Part shown: piece by piece, positions 35,455 to 47,022 of the stretch
Numbering within the stretch: position 1 is the first letter of the stretch
Layout: each line of letters opens with the position of its first letter
NCBI GenBank assembly: GCA_002269645.1
Contig: NIVC01000001.1
Coordinates: 1,922,001 to 1,986,000, forward strand
Direction of reading: 5' to 3'
DNA: 64,000 bases
From: Macrostomum lignano
Taxonomy: Eukaryota
The notes under the pieces: generated by a model
What the model was told of the DNA's origin: nothing
Databases searched by the model: none
Seen by the model: the letters and a program-made list of their open reading frames with translations, nothing else
Position numbers and translations under genes: made by a program

Positions 35455-35815
35455 GAATTGCTGAGATGTCAAGGCTTGGGGAATTGCTGAGATGTCAAGT
35501 CTTCGGGGAACTGCTAAGAAGTCAAGGCTTACGGGGGGATTTGCTGATATGTCAAGTCTGGGGGGAATTGCTGAGATGGCAAGGCTTGGGAGGAATTGCT
35601 GACATGTCAAAGGCTTACGGGGGAATTGCTGACATGTCAAAGGCTTACGGGGGAATTGCTGACATGTCAAGGCTTACGGGGGGAATTGCTGACATGCCAA
35701 GGATTACGGGGGGAATTGCTGACATGCCAAGGATTACGGGGGGAATTGCTGACATGCCAAGGATTACGGGGGGTTTGCTGAGATGGCAAGGCTTGGGGGG
35801 AATTGCTAAGATATA
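35455..35815. repeat. 30-bp minisatellite (GGGGGAATTGCTGACATGTCAAGGCTTACG)
   Basis: About 12 variant copies. Confidence 0.9.
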
Positions 35816-37439
35816 AAGGCTGAGGTCAGAAGCTAAATTAGTTTATCTAAGTTTTTATGACATTATTTGTTTGCTCCCTAACGGGGGGCGTAGATTGCTA
35901 GTCTTTTCTTTATTTGGATTCGAAAGTTGTCATTTTTTGCCAAACTCAACGCGTGAATTGACGTACTATCAGTCAGTTGGCTCACGAGGGCCAATCGCCA
36001 AGGCAGGGACAAGGACCACTGTAGTATAACAAGAGGACGTTAAACTATTTAAAGATCGTATGATTTTTGGATTTGGAGGCCAATTTCCTGAAAAAAATAC
36101 ACTGCGGGGAAAGGAAAACATCATTTTTTTCATGAAAATTTCACTCCACAGCTATATAAAATACAAGAGTAACATGTTGTACATGCTAAATTACATGCCT
36201 TACATTACATTACATGCCTGCGCCTAAACCATGCTCAGTGCAGTAGTAAGTTACGAGCTAAACTGAAGCATTCTAATGTTTTTTTTAAAAACAAGGCTTA
36301 TTTATTGGCCCTTACCCCCCCCCCAGCTTAAACCCTCAACCCCCACACAGAACCTCAATCCCCGCCCTGCCGCCCATTTTCATTACCTTCCTCGGTTGTT
36401 TTCCAGCCTAAATCTGCCCTGTACATTTTGATTTTAGTGGCCAATGTACATAATGGCTGAACCAATTAGCAAGCTGTTTAAGTCTCTCAGCTGCCTTTAT
36501 TTTTATAAAATAACTTATATATTCTTCATTGCTACTGAACTGAAAGTAGAAAGCTGTTTTGCTAAGTATAAATGCTTGAGTGGCCCCATCTGCGGGATAT
36601 CTGAGACCAGGACATAATTGATGAAAAATGAACAATAAACACAATGCTTTCAATCTTTTTTCGTTTTCAACCATAGGCGGCTGTCATTGCCGATGCCCGC
36701 GCGTGCTAATAGACATCATTGTTATTTCATAATTTTATTGCCTATCAATCGAATTAGACAGACTAAAAACGGCTCAAAGCGTTACAGACTTGCGATACAG
36801 TAGAATGCGCAGCACAGAGATGGAAAGTTGGGCACGCGACAGCTGCAAGAAGCTTATATAAGTGCATTTTAGGGACTTATTTTGTACGGCAGAGAAAGTC
36901 GAGCGTACCGAGCTCGCAGAATATAAAATAACGGCTTGTTCAAAGAAACAACGGCCCCTAGACGTTCTACTGTCGTTTCCGTTAAGAAGTAGTGCCTGAT
37001 GAGTTTCATTACTTGTTTATTTCAATGTTATTTTTCGAACACAACACTTTGAATGCCGAAAAAGCATTTCTGCTTTGTATAATTAATTTTGAATGCCAAA
37101 CAGGCATAATTTACGAACCGGGGTCAAACGAGGACATTTTCTATTTAACAACTAACTATTATTAAATGAAGAATAGGCTGCATGTGCAATAGCGCAGCTA
37201 ATTAACCCGTACTCAGTGCTCTGACGAGTACACGTTGCAAACCGTTATTAATGCTGTGTTTATTACACAATAAACACAGAAAAAGTATTAATTATATAAA
37301 TATAGTTAAAAACATAGTTGAAATATAGGGAATAAAGTTGAAACTAGTGACACTGGGCGACAGACTATACTTACCAGGGCAGTGTCCTGGATTGTGGTAA
37401 AGGGGCAGTTCTTAAGGTTTGGGACCGATTTTCAAGAGG

Positions 37440-37930
37440 AAGGCGATTTTATCGGATGGGGGGCGATTTTATCGGATGGGGGGGGGCGATTTTATCGGAT
37501 GGGGGCGATTTTATCGGATAGGAGGGCGATTCTATCGGATAGGAGGGCGATTTTATCGGATGGGAGGGTGATTCTATCGGATAGGAGGGCGATTTTATCG
37601 GATGGGAGGGTGATTCTATCGGATAGGAGGGCGATTTTATCGGATAGGAGGGCGATTTTATCGGATGGGAGGGCGATTCTATCAGATGGGAGGGCGATTT
37701 TATCGGATGGGGGGCGATTTTATCGGATAGGAGGGCGATTTTATCGGATGGGAGGGCGATTCTATCAGATGGGAGGGCGATTTTATCGGATGGGGGGCGA
37801 TTTTATCGGATAGGAGGGCGATTTTATCGGATGGGAGGGCGATTCTATCGGATGGGAGGGCGATTCTATCGGATGGGAGGGCGATTTTTTCGATTAGAGG
37901 GCGATTCTATCAGATGGGATGGCGATTCTG
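37440..37930. repeat. 21-bp minisatellite (ATCGGATGGGAGGGCGATTTT)
   Basis: About 23 copies. Confidence 0.93.
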
Positions 37931-38156
37931 TGATGGAGATATTCACAGATATCCAGATGGAGGTTAGAGTCGAAGAGGGCAGAGACCCAGTCGCTGTTAC
38001 AATTGGGGGCTGCTGCGGGGTACGAAGAAACAGCGGCACAAGCAAAGAACAACAGAAAAAACAGGCAAAAAAGCAACAACTGTCTTAATCCTACAATACA
38101 CGTTCGGCCATCAGGTTTCCAATGCCGACGATAAATACCGGTTGCCGGGTGGCGGG

Positions 38157-41100
38157 TCACACGGCGGCAGCCGCGCCAATCGATGTGGCGCCGTCTTCAG
38201 CGGCGGCGGACTCCTCGGCAGCGTCCTTCTTATCGAATAGGTCGAACAGCGGCTGCCGGGCCCGCTCAAGCACGTCGGCCGTGGCCCGCACCAGGCGGCG
38301 ATGGTCGGCCAGGGCGCTGCGCTGGGCGGCCTCTTCGCGTTTCAAATTCCTGACAGTGTCGCGCAGCTGGCGCACCTCGGCGGTGGCCGCCTGCTTGGCC
38401 GACTGGCCGGCGGCCAGGCGGACGACCGCCTCGGTCAGTTGGGCAGCCGCGGCCGACAATCGGCGAAGGGCGTCGTCGCGCTCCTGCTCAGCGCGGCGAA
38501 GGGCCGCGGCGGCAGTCTCGCCGGTTTCCGAGACGACGGCTACGGAAGCGGAGGCGGCCGTGGCCGACAGCAGGTCGCGGTTGCCGCCAGTGGCAAGAAT
38601 CTCAGCCTGCGCATGTAGGGGAAGCGGTGACATTGCTGGGGCTGTGGGGACACCTCTACAGGCAGATTCATGTACAATAAAGGCCTACTCCGCCTAGCAC
38701 CCACCCCACTCCGCCAAGCACCCACCCACTCCGCCTAGCACCCACCCCACTCCGCCTAGCACCCACCTCACTTCGCCTAGCACCCACCTCACTTCGCCTA
38801 GCACCCACCTCACTTCGCCTAGCACCCACCTCACTCCGCCTAGCACCCCCACTCCACCTAGCACCCCCACTCCGCCTAGCACCCCCACTCCGCCTAGCAC
38901 CCACCTCACTCCGCCAATCAATCATTCTTACCTTCATCGCATCGTCGTCGTCCTCGCCTTCGCCCGCCGGCTCCTCGGCAAAGTCGGTCAGACAGCGGTA
39001 GCGCAGCATCGGCAGCTCCGAGCTGCGCCGAGACGACGAAGCTGTCGCCGAAGAGGACGCAGCCAGAAGCTCGGCCAGCCGACGCGCCTGATAGCGGCTG
39101 CGTAGGGTGCCGAGGCCGTGCAACAGGTCCTCGAGGTCGCGGCACAGCAGGTAGCCCGCCCGGTCCCGGTCGAAGTACACAAACGACAGCAGCAGGTCCG
39201 GCCTGAAAGTGCGCAGCGACTGCGAGCCAGCTGAAGACGACGCCGTCGGCTTTGTCGGCGTGGCCTGTCGACGGGCGCGCTTCTCCGGCGGCGGCTGGTC
39301 GGAAGTGTCAGCCGAGGCATCGGCAGCGGCAGCAGCGTCAGCAGCGGCGGCTCCGTCGGCGCCGTTCTCTGTGGACTTTTCTTCCTCGGCAGCGGCAGCA
39401 GCAGCAGCCGCCTCAGCCTCCGCCTTGGCCTGCAAAACCACGTGGAATTGCTCTATGATATCTTTCTTTGTCAGAGAGTGTACATGCTTGACGAATAGAA
39501 AGTCAGGGCCGCTGTACACCCGTGTGAGCGGTGCATGAGTGCGTGCCTGTGTACAGCATTGGCGCGCTTGTATGAGCTCAGCAGTCAGGGAACACCATAT
39601 AGCATAAACAAACCTTCGCTTTGCGCTCCAAAGCAGCCGAGATGTTGAACGCGCAGTCGCGACTCAGCATATCATTGAACTGTTCGGCAAACATTGACAC
39701 CTCGAATGTGTGCTCCCTGGAGGCGTCCAGTCTGTAGGCCAGCAGCTGGGCTAGGGGTATCAGCTGACAGTCCAGCCTGCCATTGCGAGCCGTCCGACTT
39801 GGAGTGACAAACAGGGCCGGCGCGTCTGGCAGCTTGTGCATCCGCCGCAGCCGGTCCTTCTCCGCCTCCGTCAGCTCCTTGGGCGGCGGCGGCGGCGCGG
39901 GCATCGCCGAGGCGGCGTTGTCCTTTGAAGCGTCCGTCCCGTCGTCGGTGTTTGCTTTTTTGTCCGATTTTTTCTGCTCCCCGCCGTCTTGCTGCTTCTC
40001 TTTTTCTTGCTCTTCTTGTTGCTGCTTTTGCAGAGCCTCTTCTAGTCTGGCGATGAGCTGCGCCTTCAAGCCTTTGTTGCTGAGGCCGCGCAGTTCGAGT
40101 TCGCGCCTGAGATCCGGCACCTTCATGCCTGGCAAGTCGGCTGGGTTGAGCTAAAATTATTATAAAGCGGCACCGATGACGTCATTATTAATAACCATAT
40201 TTATCGGGTTGCTACACATAAAAACATACTTTATAAAGTCAAGCAGAGCAATTAGGTGTGTTTACGTATAATCCCCAACAGCCCATTAGCCTCTCCCTGA
40301 CTGATTTCATCTCAAAATTAATTATTTCAGATTTTTGGTGATTTTTTTGCAATCCGACAGCCTTTATTTCATGCCTTTGTCGGTGCTTCAGACGCTGCCG
40401 TCTCCATTTCCTCCTGCTGCTCAGAAGATTCTTCTTCAGCCATTTCCTGCTGCTGGTTCTCGCCGGTCTCATCTTTATCGCCAGTTGCAGCATCCTTCGC
40501 TTCATCGTTGTTGCCATCATCGTTGCCTTCGCCTTCGCCCTCGCCGTCAGTTTTTGACGCCTGCTGCTCAGGCGACGGCGGCGGAGTTGGCGGCTTGGGC
40601 GGCTCAAGCAGCAGCTCGAGTCGGTCTTCCCAGGCCTGGCAGCGCACCTGCCATTCCTCGTCGCCGCCGGGCATGAGGCTCCACACGTCGGGCACATAGA
40701 CCACAACGGTCTCTTCGGCTGGCGGCCGCTGCTTGTCTGGTCGGCCGGTGCGGAAATAGCGATACTCCATGAATTTACACCTGCAATATATTATTTTATT
40801 GTAGCGGCAATTGTGTTGCTGGGTCTGAGGGCAAGCGCTAGCGATTCTCTGTCTGCACTGTATTCAGCACTTGAGCAGCTTTTTTTCCATTAACAAACTG
40901 CCTATGTGGCGGATGTGGCGGAACAGATTGTCAATGCTTTTTTGATCTGTGACGCTTCGAGACTATCTGTCACATGGGCTCAGTAGCAAGTTAACCAGCG
41001 CAGTGATACTCAGCATTGTTGATAGCAGTTTACGAGTAGAAGACTTGCCAAATTAAATTGAATGCAATCAAGTAAATACAAAAATTAAACTCTGTTTAGT

Positions 41101-43736
41101 TAGCTTTATGGCAGTAATTTTTGCCAAGCTTGACAATATTTGTATACGGCAATGATGCTTTTTAAAACAAGGATTGGGTGGCACGGTCTGAGGATCTGGG
41201 AGGCTGGCCCAGCAATTGAGGATCTGGGAGGCTGGCCCAGCAACTGAGGATCTGGGAGGCTGGCCCAGCAACTGAGGATCTGGGAGGCTGGCCCAGCAAT
41301 TGAGGATCTGGGAAGGTGGCCCAGCAACTGAGGATCTGGGAGGCTGGCCCAGCAACTGAGGATCTGGGAGGCTGGCCCAGCAATTGAGGATCTGGGAGGC
41401 TGGCCCAGCAATTGAGGATCTGGGAGGCTGGCCCAGCAATTGAGGATCTGGGAGGCTGGCCCAGCAACTGAGGATCTGGGAGGCTGGCCCAGCAACTGAG
41501 GATCTGGGAGGCTGGCCCAGCAACTGAGGATCTGGGAGGCTGGCCCAGCAACTGAGGATCTGGGAGGCTGGCCCAGCAACTGAGGATCTGGGAGGCTGGC
41601 CCAGCAACTGAGGATCTGGGAGGCTGGCCCAGCAACTGAGGATCTGGGAGGCTGGCCCAACAACTGAGGATCTGGGAGGCTGGCCCAGCAACTGAGGATC
41701 TGGGAGGCTGGCCCAGCAACTGAGGATCTGGGAGGCTGGCCCAGCAACTGAGGATCTGGGAGGCTGGCCCAGCAACTGAGGATCTGGGAGGCTGGCCCAA
41801 CAACTGGGGATCTGGGAGGCTGGCTCAGTAACTGGGGATCTGGGAGACTGGCCTAGCAACTGGGGTAAATGGGATAACAGGGATTTCAAGTCCAACTGTT
41901 AAACCAGCTTAAGCTCGGATATTTTCTTTCAGAATTTTCAGAAGTTTCAGAATAAACAAGCCATGCAATTTACCAGTTGGTACAGCCGGACAGATCCACT
42001 CCAATCAGCCGCTTAACGTGCCGCACAGCGGTATTGATCAGCACCTCTGGGTCGCCCTCGGGATCCTCGCCGTCCATTGAAGGACTCCAAGGCCCGCCCA
42101 GAGCCAGAGGTTCGCCGCTTCGTCCGCCGGAAATGCCGCACAAGAATTGCAGATTCCGCTGCACGGAGGTGCACCGGTTGCGCACTTCCGCAGTGTCCTG
42201 GGCCAGGGCGCAGGTGCGGCTGTACAGCTGGTCGAGCGGCGGGCTGGCCAGCAGCATCACCTTTGCGCAGTAGCGATAGTCCTGGTCGGCCGGCTCGGCA
42301 GCGTCCATGGCCTCTTGCTGGTCGAGCGAATCCACCTGGTTGTTATGGAGGTGCAAAGCTGATATTTACTAACTAGGAATGCATGACGATAATCGAGCAT
42401 ATGGAGAGGACGGCACTGATGATGGGAACGGAATTTAGGATCTGGAAAGGCTGGTAACCCAATCTGAGGATCTGGGAAGGCTGGTGACCCAATCTGAGGA
42501 TCTGGAAAGGCTGGTAACCCAATCTGAGGATCTGGGAAGGCTGGTTACCCAATCTGAGGATTTGGAAAGGCTGGTGACCCAATCTGAGGATCTGGGAAGG
42601 CTGGTGACCCAATCTGAGGATCTGGGAAGGCTGGTGACCCAATCTGGGGATCTGGGAAGGCTGGTGACCCAATCTGGGGATCTGGGAAGGCTGGTGACCC
42701 AATCTGAGGATCTGGGAAGGCTGGTGACCCAATCTAAGGATCTGGGAAGGCTGGTGACCCAATCTAAGGATCTGGGAAGGCTGGTGACCCAATCTGAGGA
42801 TCTGGAAAGGCTGGTGACCCAATCTGAGAATCTGGGAAGGCTGGTGACCCAATCTGAGGATCTGGAAAGGCTGGTTATCCAATCTGAGAATCTGGGAAGG
42901 CTGGTGACCCAATCTGAGGATTTGGAAAGGCTGGTGACCCAATCTGAGGATCTGGGAATGCTGGTGACCCAATCTAAGGATCTGGAAAGGCTGGTGACCC
43001 AATCTGAGGATCTGGAAAGGCTGGTGACCAATATGGGGATCTGGAAAGGCTGGTGACCAAACTCAAGCATCGATAAGAATGACAATCACATATTTCAAAG
43101 CAGACCCAGTCGCAACGCTATCAAATCAAGAGGTCTTACCTCTTTTGGGAAAATGTGAAATGCGCAGTGCCGGCCCAGTTGAAACGGCTGGTCAATGGGA
43201 AACTCGTCCAGCCAGGTGTTGCTAACGTGATAAAAATCCGACGGCAGGTATAGCCTTGGATAGCGCTGGCGCAGGTCCATTACGCTAAACTGCGGCAGCG
43301 CGAATAGCCTAGTTGGCACGGACACAGCGTAATTAGACAAAGTCGAGGGCTGGTGCCGGCTAGACGAAGCTTCGCGCTTAACGCCATTGCCTCCGCTGCG
43401 GCCGTAGCCGCGATTCGAATACGCGTCCCTCCTAGACGGCATTGGCGGCGGCGGCTGCTGCTGGTGATGCCGATGCCGCGAAGGCGGAGGCGGCGGAGGC
43501 GGCTGATGATGCTGCTTGGTGCGCACCTCAAGCCGGTCAGCATTCCATTTGATTGGCATGTTAGGCGTGTAATTAGCCGACACGAACACGCTATCGCCCG
43601 CCCGGGGCTGCACTCCGGACACGACCTCTCTGAGGAAGAATATCTCATCGTCTACATAGCCAAAATTACCAAACATTTTAGTGACGGTGCCATACACTGA
43701 TTTGTGCATGCCCGTTTTCTGATGCCCGCCGAACAT
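38157..43736 (-). CDS. CCAR1: Cell division cycle and apoptosis regulator 1 (CCAR1/CARP-1; S1-like, DBC1/Nudix-like, SAP, EF-hand-like, coiled coil); exons 43736-43140, 42335-41974, 40780-40375, 40150-39614, 39429-38932, 38606-38157
   Basis: GTVTKMFGNFGYVDDEIFF..YTPNMPIKWNA, DLRQRYPRLYLPSDF, ALGGPWSPSMDGEDP, EETVVVYVPDVW, SAP MKVPDLRRELELRGL..GLKAQLIARL, FEVSMFAEQFNDML, LLLSFVYFD..GYL. Intron 3 requires a GC donor. The 3' end may extend further (see findings). Confidence 0.93.
38693..38915. repeat. 21-22-bp minisatellite (CTCCGCCTAGCACCCACCCCA), CCAR1 intron 5
   Basis: About 10 copies. Confidence 0.9.
41188..41870. repeat. 28-bp minisatellite (GAGGATCTGGGAGGCTGGCCCAGCAACT), CCAR1 intron 2
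   Basis: About 24 copies. Confidence 0.95.
42435..43060. repeat. 30-bp minisatellite (GAGGATCTGGGAAGGCTGGTGACCCAATCT), CCAR1 intron 1
   Basis: About 20 copies. Confidence 0.95.
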
Positions 43737-44039
43737 TGCTGCTGTCGAATAATATCATGCAATGTATCAGTGCAAGCATCATATGAAAAAATCAACTTCC
43801 TTTGCAGCCAATGCATAATAAAGACAAAGTCCTAGTATAGAGTTCCACCATAAGAATAATTCTACTAGAGATGGACACTTTCAAAGAAACTTAAATTTTG
43901 ACTAACTATTACTACTCATTACTTATATCCTTCACCTTGAAATGTTAACAAAAACAGTACAGATCTTTTTTATTGAAAGCATTCAAGATAAGGCTAATAT
44001 AACTGAATTTACATATTGACAGTATTACAAAATTGTTAC

Positions 44040-44125
44040 CTGGGTATGCTTGCTATCTGGGGGATGCTTGCTATCTGGGGGATGCTTGCTATCTAGGAGG
44101 ATGCTTGCTTTCTTGGGGATGTTTT
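44040..44125. repeat. 19-bp short tandem repeat (GGATGCTTGCTATCTGGGG)
   Basis: 4-5 decaying copies upstream of the CCAR1 ATG. Confidence 0.7.
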
Positions 44126-45616
44126 CTATTTAAAGGGAATGTCTATTATCTGTGTGAATGCTTTATTTTAGTCACTTTTGTTAGTTTTAGAAAAAGAGAT
44201 TCATAGCAAACATCTTTGTCTGTGACAATTTTATTTGAATAAGGTGATTTATAAAACTGAAAAAAAGGAATTGGTTCTTAAGAAAATGTGTGTTTATTTT
44301 TTTCCACAAATAATGTTTGCTTCTCACTTATTGGGCACCCCAAAGGGGGCACTAGATTGCTAGTTAAGAGCTAAAACCCACAAACTACCTAGAAATAATT
44401 ATTAAACATACTATTTTATTTGTCTTTAAAAGTTATTTAGTAAATGTCTTGTAGATTTAAAAAAAATTAAAAAACAAAACAATGATAGAAATAGTTTAAT
44501 CTATAAATAATTAATAGATCTCTTTTATTGATTGTACAAGAATGCATGGCTAAGACTATATTTATCTTAACTTTAGCCTTTACTATTCTAACCATTCTTT
44601 TTCTATTACTTTAACCACTATCAACCAATAAATCAAAGGCTCTAATGATCGTTTAAAGTTTGTTTTGGGTGTCCAATATTATTAGATAATGGAAAAATAT
44701 GCATTCTAGTAACTGTCTAGGCCATATGTCTTTATATATATTCTATCTAAAAGCCTACATTCCTAATAGCTATATCTATAGTTATGGTAAGGCTCATTCC
44801 ATATAAGCATGGTCGTAACATGACAGGCTATTTTTACTTATAAAATGAAATATAATAATAGAATATACTAAACCAATATTTTAAATGAAAGATAATTTTG
44901 TCAAAAATATTTTTATAGAGTTTCATGTAGATATCATCATTAGTATAGATGCTATTAAACCTTGAATGGCACTTATGGTTGTAACAACAGGATTTTTGAC
45001 ATATAGAAACTAAAAGGTAAAAGTCTTATAACATTTTTATTTTTGATATTTTGCAATACATTTTTTAAAATTTGACTAAGAACATCTTTAGTAATCATAC
45101 TCTTTTTGTAGAATATATAAACTCAAAAAGGCAACAAAGATACAAAAGAAAAGGCAGGCCTTATGGTTGTAACATTATGGTCGTAACATATTTTTTTCTG
45201 TCAATTCAGTAACTTTGAGGTACCAATATATTAAAAATATAATAGATTATTTGGTCACCAATACTTTTATCTGATGATGCAAGTACTATACTTTTATCTA
45301 TAGTTTGTTTCAACCTTCCAAAGCTTTCTATTTGTTTTTAAAAGGTACACAAACTTAATGATGTCTTTTGCTTAAAAAAATGTCTAAATTTTTACAAAAA
45401 TGACTTTTTGCCACTTGATAGCATACTAATCTAACATTTTATCATTCATTTATTCTTAGATTGTAGATATTACACATAAAAAACATTTGGTAAAAAATTG
45501 GCTGATAAGGCAATGGCAAGCAAAAATATTGACTTTTTTCTATTTTCCAAAAATGTCCATCTTATATGGAATGAGCCGTAAAACTCTAGTTTTAGGGAGG
45601 CTTGCATATACCCAAG

Positions 45617-45873
45617 CATACATGCGCAACAGTTGGCCAAGTCAGTTGATCTGGCCAACCAATGTAAGTCGCAAAAATGCCCACCCGAACAAATATTCCA
45701 AGTAGTATTGAGTAGATGACAAGGCATTTTGCCTAAATAGGACAGTCATAGTTACTCTTGCCATTTACCTAAAGTTGCGTTAATTTTGCTTTAGGGTTTT
45801 TTTACTTGTAAGTTGCATTTTTGTTTAAACTAAGTCACACAGCCAACTGAATTTTGGAGGTTGCACATGTATG
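45617..45873. mobile_element. MITE, second copy of the CATACATGCGCAAC family, 8-bp TSD TACCCAAG
   Basis: TIR with one mismatch (GTTGCACATGTATG), TSD at 45609-45616 and 45874-45881, shared internal GTTAATTTTGCTTTAGGGTTT block. Confidence 0.9.
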
Positions 45874-46734
45874 TACCCAAGTGGCTAACAACTAAACTTG
45901 GAAAATAAAAGTAAAACAAAGAATGCTTGGTTCTAGCAAAGAACAAACATTTTTTAGTTTAATATAAAACTCTTACTTCTAAAAAAGATATTCTCTAAAA
46001 AAGCATGCTTGGCAATGGCATAAAAACTTTTTATTTACATTGGGCTTGGCATAGAATCATAATTACATAAAATCTAGAATTTTCATTTTAGCATATCTGC
46101 TATAATTTAGACTATGGCTTTTATCTACTAAATAGCTTTATGCTGCACACCTGCTGAAGCTGGTGAATGTTAAAACTTGGAAATATGAATATAAACTCAA
46201 ACTTAAAAAGAATTATGTAAGTAGACTAAAAGATTGCCTAAAATATTGTATTAACAAATGTTTTACTAATTTTTCTCAACATATATACATAGGCCTATAA
46301 CAGGTTAGGGCCTAGCATTATTGTACCTAGTTAAGAAACAATTTTTTTTTGTTTTGAATTAGGAGGCCTTACAGCCTACACCTTTATCTAATGTCTATTA
46401 CATTACAAGAGTACAATTTTAAAAGAAAGTTAAGACTCAGGCCTATGCTTAGGCCTAATGAAAAATGGTAACAAAAATTTTGATGGCAATGCTGATTTGA
46501 CACTGACAGCTATAAACATAGGTTTTAAGTCCTTTTTAAAAAAAATGCAGGAAGTAGGCTGGGCTTAGGGCCTAGGGCAGGCCTAACCTAGCAGTTTTGT
46601 AGCAGTGTAAGTAGGTGTAGGCTAGGCCTACTAAAAGTCGTTTATAAAGTAGGGCCATTGTGTAATTTTGTGCAATTGTGATTAATCAATAATCTGCTTT
46701 TTCTCAGCTCATTTCTTGGCTTGATGTAGGAGTG

Positions 46735-47022
46735 TTGCAGTGGCAGTGGGAATCTGCCAGTAGCTGTGTTGCAGTGGGAATCTGCCAGCAGCTCTGTGTT
46801 GCAGTGGGAATCGGCCAGCAGCTCTGTGTTGCAGTGGGAATCTGCCAGCAGCTCTGTGTTGCAGTGGGAATCTGCCAGCAGCTCTGTGTGCAGTGTGTGT
46901 TGCAGTGGGAATCTGCCAGCAGCTGTGTTGCAGTGGTAATCTGCCAGCAGCTCTGTGTTGCAGTGGGAATCTGCCACCAGCTCTGTGTTGCAGCGCGAAT
47001 CTGCCAGCAGCTCTGTGTTGCA
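46735..47022. repeat. 30-bp minisatellite (GCAGTGGGAATCTGCCAGCAGCTCTGTGTT)
   Basis: About 9 copies within the TAGGCCTA-rich zone upstream of CCAR1. Confidence 0.9.

Noticed and set aside
37894-38160. 88-aa ORF with signal-peptide-like LLLFCLFFLLFFACAA overlapping the CCAR1 stop
   Set aside because: No ATG start; the hydrophobic run is better explained as a T-rich polypyrimidine tract ending in a CAG acceptor.
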